Source: Thermoplasmata archaeon (lineage in GTDB: Archaea; Thermoplasmatota; Thermoplasmata; Lutacidiplasmatales; UBA184). From it: DNA of 64,000 nt. The position numbers were made by a program, and so were the translations under genes. How positions within the stretch are numbered: the first letter of the stretch is position 1; each line of letters begins with the position of its first letter. Where the stretch lies: the NCBI GenBank assembly GCA_035507575.1, contig DATJNY010000063.1, positions 55 through 64,054 on the forward strand, in the 5' to 3' direction. This document shows positions 62,277-64,000 of the stretch, piece by piece. The notes under the pieces are model-generated. The model was given only the letters and a program-made list of their open reading frames with translations. It did not search any database and was not told where the DNA came from.

Positions 62277-63185
62277 TCAACTCTCCCGCTTGACCTCGTG
62301 GCCGCCGAACTTGTTGCGCATCATGGCGAGCAAGCGCTCCGTGAACGGATCGGACTCGCGCGATCGAAGGCGCGCCTGCAGCGCGAGGGTGATGACCGGG
62401 GCGGGGATGTTCAGGTCCATCGCTTCCTGGACCGTCCACCGCCCCTCGCCGGAGTCGGCCACCCACGGCTCGATCCCCGTCAACGTCGGATTCTCACGGA
62501 GCGCGTCCTCGGTGAGTTCGAGCAACCAGGACCGCACGACGCTGCCGTAGCGCCAGACCTCCGCGATCTGGTGGAGGTCCAGCTGGAAATCCGACTTGGC
62601 CTGCATGACCGCGAACCCCTCCGCGTACGCCTGCATCATCCCGTACTCGATCCCATTGTGGACCATCTTCACGAAGTGCCCCGAGCCCACGGCCCCCATG
62701 TGGCCCCATCCCCGGTTCGGGCCGGGCGCGAGCGTCTCCAGGACCGGGCGCAGGCGTTCGACGTCCGCGTCCGCGCCCCCGACCATCATCGAGTAGCCTT
62801 CGGTCAACCCCCACACCCCGCCGCTGGTTCCGACGTCGAGGTAACGGAAACCCCAGCCCGAGACGAGCGCGGCCCGACGGAGCGTGTCCCGGTAGTACGA
62901 GTTCCCGCCGTCCACGATGAGGTCGCCGGGGGCAAGCAGCCCATGGAGCTGGTCGAGGGTCTGGTCCACCGGCGCGCCCGACGGGATCATCAGCCAGACG
63001 ACCCGCGGGGGCGCGAGCTGTCGCACGAGGTCCGCGAGGGAGCTGGCCCCCGCTGCGCCCTGGGCAACGACCTCGTCGACGACCGCCTTCGTGCGGGCGT
63101 AGCCGACGACGCGATGGCCTCCGCGCACCAGCCGGATCGTCATGTTCCCGCCCATCTTGCCGAGTCCCACCATCCCTAGCTCCAT
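62277..63185 (-). CDS. gnd: 6-Phosphogluconate dehydrogenase, short (about 300 aa) decarboxylating type
   Basis: 'MVGLGKMGGNM', 'VDGGNSYY', 'LDVGTSGGVWG' and 'GSGHFVKMVHNGIEYGMMQAYAEG'. Start trimmed to the ATG at 63185. Confidence 0.85.
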   Translation of the reverse strand: MELGMVGLGKMGGNMTIRLVRGGHRVVGYARTKAVVDEVVAQGAAGASSLADLVRQLAPPRVVWLMIPSGAPVDQTLDQLHGLLAPGDLIVDGGNSYYRDTLRRAALVSGWGFRYLDVGTSGGVWGLTEGYSMMVGGADADVERLRPVLETLAPGPNRGWGHMGAVGSGHFVKMVHNGIEYGMMQAYAEGFAVMQAKSDFQLDLHQIAEVWRYGSVVRSWLLELTEDALRENPTLTGIEPWVADSGEGRWTVQEAMDLNIPAPVITLALQARLRSRESDPFTERLLAMMRNKFGGHEVKRES

Positions 63186-63195
63186 CGTTTTCCTC

Positions 63196-63810
63196 CTATC
63201 CCGCCGCGATCCCCACGCGGTCGAGCGCCTCCGCGAGCCGGTTCGGGTCGCGGACCTCGAGGGTCTGCAGTCCGAGCGACGCGGCCGCCGCGATGTTCTC
63301 GGGGCGATCGTCCAGGAAGAGCGCCTCGTCCGGCGCCCGGTCGGTGAGGGCGAGCGCATATCGGTAGGCGTCCGGGTCGGGCTTGCGCCGCCCGGTGTAG
63401 CACGAGCTGAAGAACACATGGAAGACCTCGCGCAGCCCGAAGGTACGGATCCGGTACTCGTTGAGCTCGCGGGACTCGTTGTTGAGCGCCGCCATCGTGT
63501 ACCGGCCACCGTCTCGGAGCGACCGCGCGACGGCGTAGGCCGGATCGTTCCGCACGGACTGGGCGCACACGAACGCCCAGAACGCCTCGGGAGTAAAGCT
63601 CCGGCTCTCGTAGAACACCGTGGCGTCGAGATACGCCCGCCGGTCCATCCGGCCGGTCTCGAACGCCGCGTCGACCCGCTGGTGCCGCCGTTCGAGCTCG
63701 TCCGCATCCAGCCCAAATCGGGCGGCGGCCGCGGCGCGCGCCCGGTGGTCCCAGCCGTTCGAGAGGACGACCCCACCCACATCCCAGAGAAGCAGGGAGA
63801 CGCTACCCAT
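63196..63810 (-). CDS. HAD-superfamily hydrolase
   Basis: Motif I 'LLLWDVGGVV', motif III 'RKPD' and motif IV 'LFLDDRPENI'. Confidence 0.75.
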   Translation of the reverse strand: MGSVSLLLWDVGGVVLSNGWDHRARAAAAARFGLDADELERRHQRVDAAFETGRMDRRAYLDATVFYESRSFTPEAFWAFVCAQSVRNDPAYAVARSLRDGGRYTMAALNNESRELNEYRIRTFGLREVFHVFFSSCYTGRRKPDPDAYRYALALTDRAPDEALFLDDRPENIAAAASLGLQTLEVRDPNRLAEALDRVGIAAG

Positions 63811-64000
63811 GGAGCGCCCCAGCGATCCGGGCGAGCCCTCCGGGGACGTCCCCGCCGAGATCGATCCGAAGCACCCGGCGTCCCTTCTGGCGCAGGGCCT
63901 GGTAGTCGCCGAGAGACTGCGCCCGGATGAGCTGCCCGAAGCTGTACTCCTCGCCCGGCACGGGGAGATCCTGCGTCGGAGTATCGACGAGCTGGAGGAA
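63803..64000 (-). CDS. Unidentified protein, C-terminal 65 codons (5' end outside window)
   Basis: Open frame from the window edge to the TAG at 63803-63805. It overlaps the HAD start by 8 nt. High GC3. No motif recognised. Confidence 0.4.
   Translation of the reverse strand, partial: FLQLVDTPTQDLPVPGEEYSFGQLIRAQSLGDYQALRQKGRRVLRIDLGGDVPGGLARIAGALHG

Noticed and set aside
60053-63782. N-terminal extensions of the pgl (to 61288), zwf (to 62466) and gnd (to 63782) ORFs
   Set aside because: The extensions overlap the upstream neighbour out of frame and are Arg/Pro/Gly-rich. Family homology starts at the internal starts used in the feature table.
1-64000. Search for mobile elements, CRISPR arrays, toxin-antitoxin pairs or known defence systems
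   Set aside because: No transposase, integrase or recombinase motifs were seen. There are no spaced direct repeats, no Cas-like, restriction-modification, Argonaute, CBASS or similar signatures, and no obvious compositional island. The window looks like core chromosome.

Overview
Very GC-rich, gene-dense chromosomal segment from an archaeon. Hallmark genes are TFB, a thermosome subunit, aIF5B, SMC-ScpA-ScpB, a Nog1-type GTPase, a beta-CASP aCPSF2-like RNase, TruD/Pus7 and a Y-family polymerase. I call about 61 protein genes. Many are joined by 1-26 nt overlaps, and several sit about 25-35 nt downstream of A/T-rich TATA-like boxes, suggesting leaderless or short-leader mRNAs. By eye I found no rRNA, tRNA, CRISPR array, transposase or integrase, and no recognisable defence system. 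Most of the window is housekeeping: translation, chromosome segregation, chaperonin, amino-acid, nucleotide and cofactor metabolism, and transporters. The items most worth follow-up are these. (1) A translationally coupled pair of KaiC/RadA-superfamily genes, one with a degenerate Walker A, directly upstream of the Y-family polymerase. (2) A complete bacterial-type oxidative pentose-phosphate cluster (gnd-zwf-pgl) with a convergent polyphosphate-glucokinase-like gene, which is unusual for archaea. (3) A B12-domain radical SAM gene preceded by a small Cys2-His-Cys acidic ORF and divergent from an HTH-CBS regulator. (4) A membrane-tethered, sequon-rich S53 peptidase with a cytoplasmic zinc-ribbon tail. 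(5) An orphan HExxH protein divergent from a DmpA peptidase. (6) A perfect 16-bp palindrome in the thermosome promoter and leader. All functional calls rest on motifs read from the translated ORFs. No database search was possible, so family assignments need confirmation by HMM or BLAST. The many long Arg/Pro/Gly-rich ORFs antisense to real genes are treated as high-GC artefacts.
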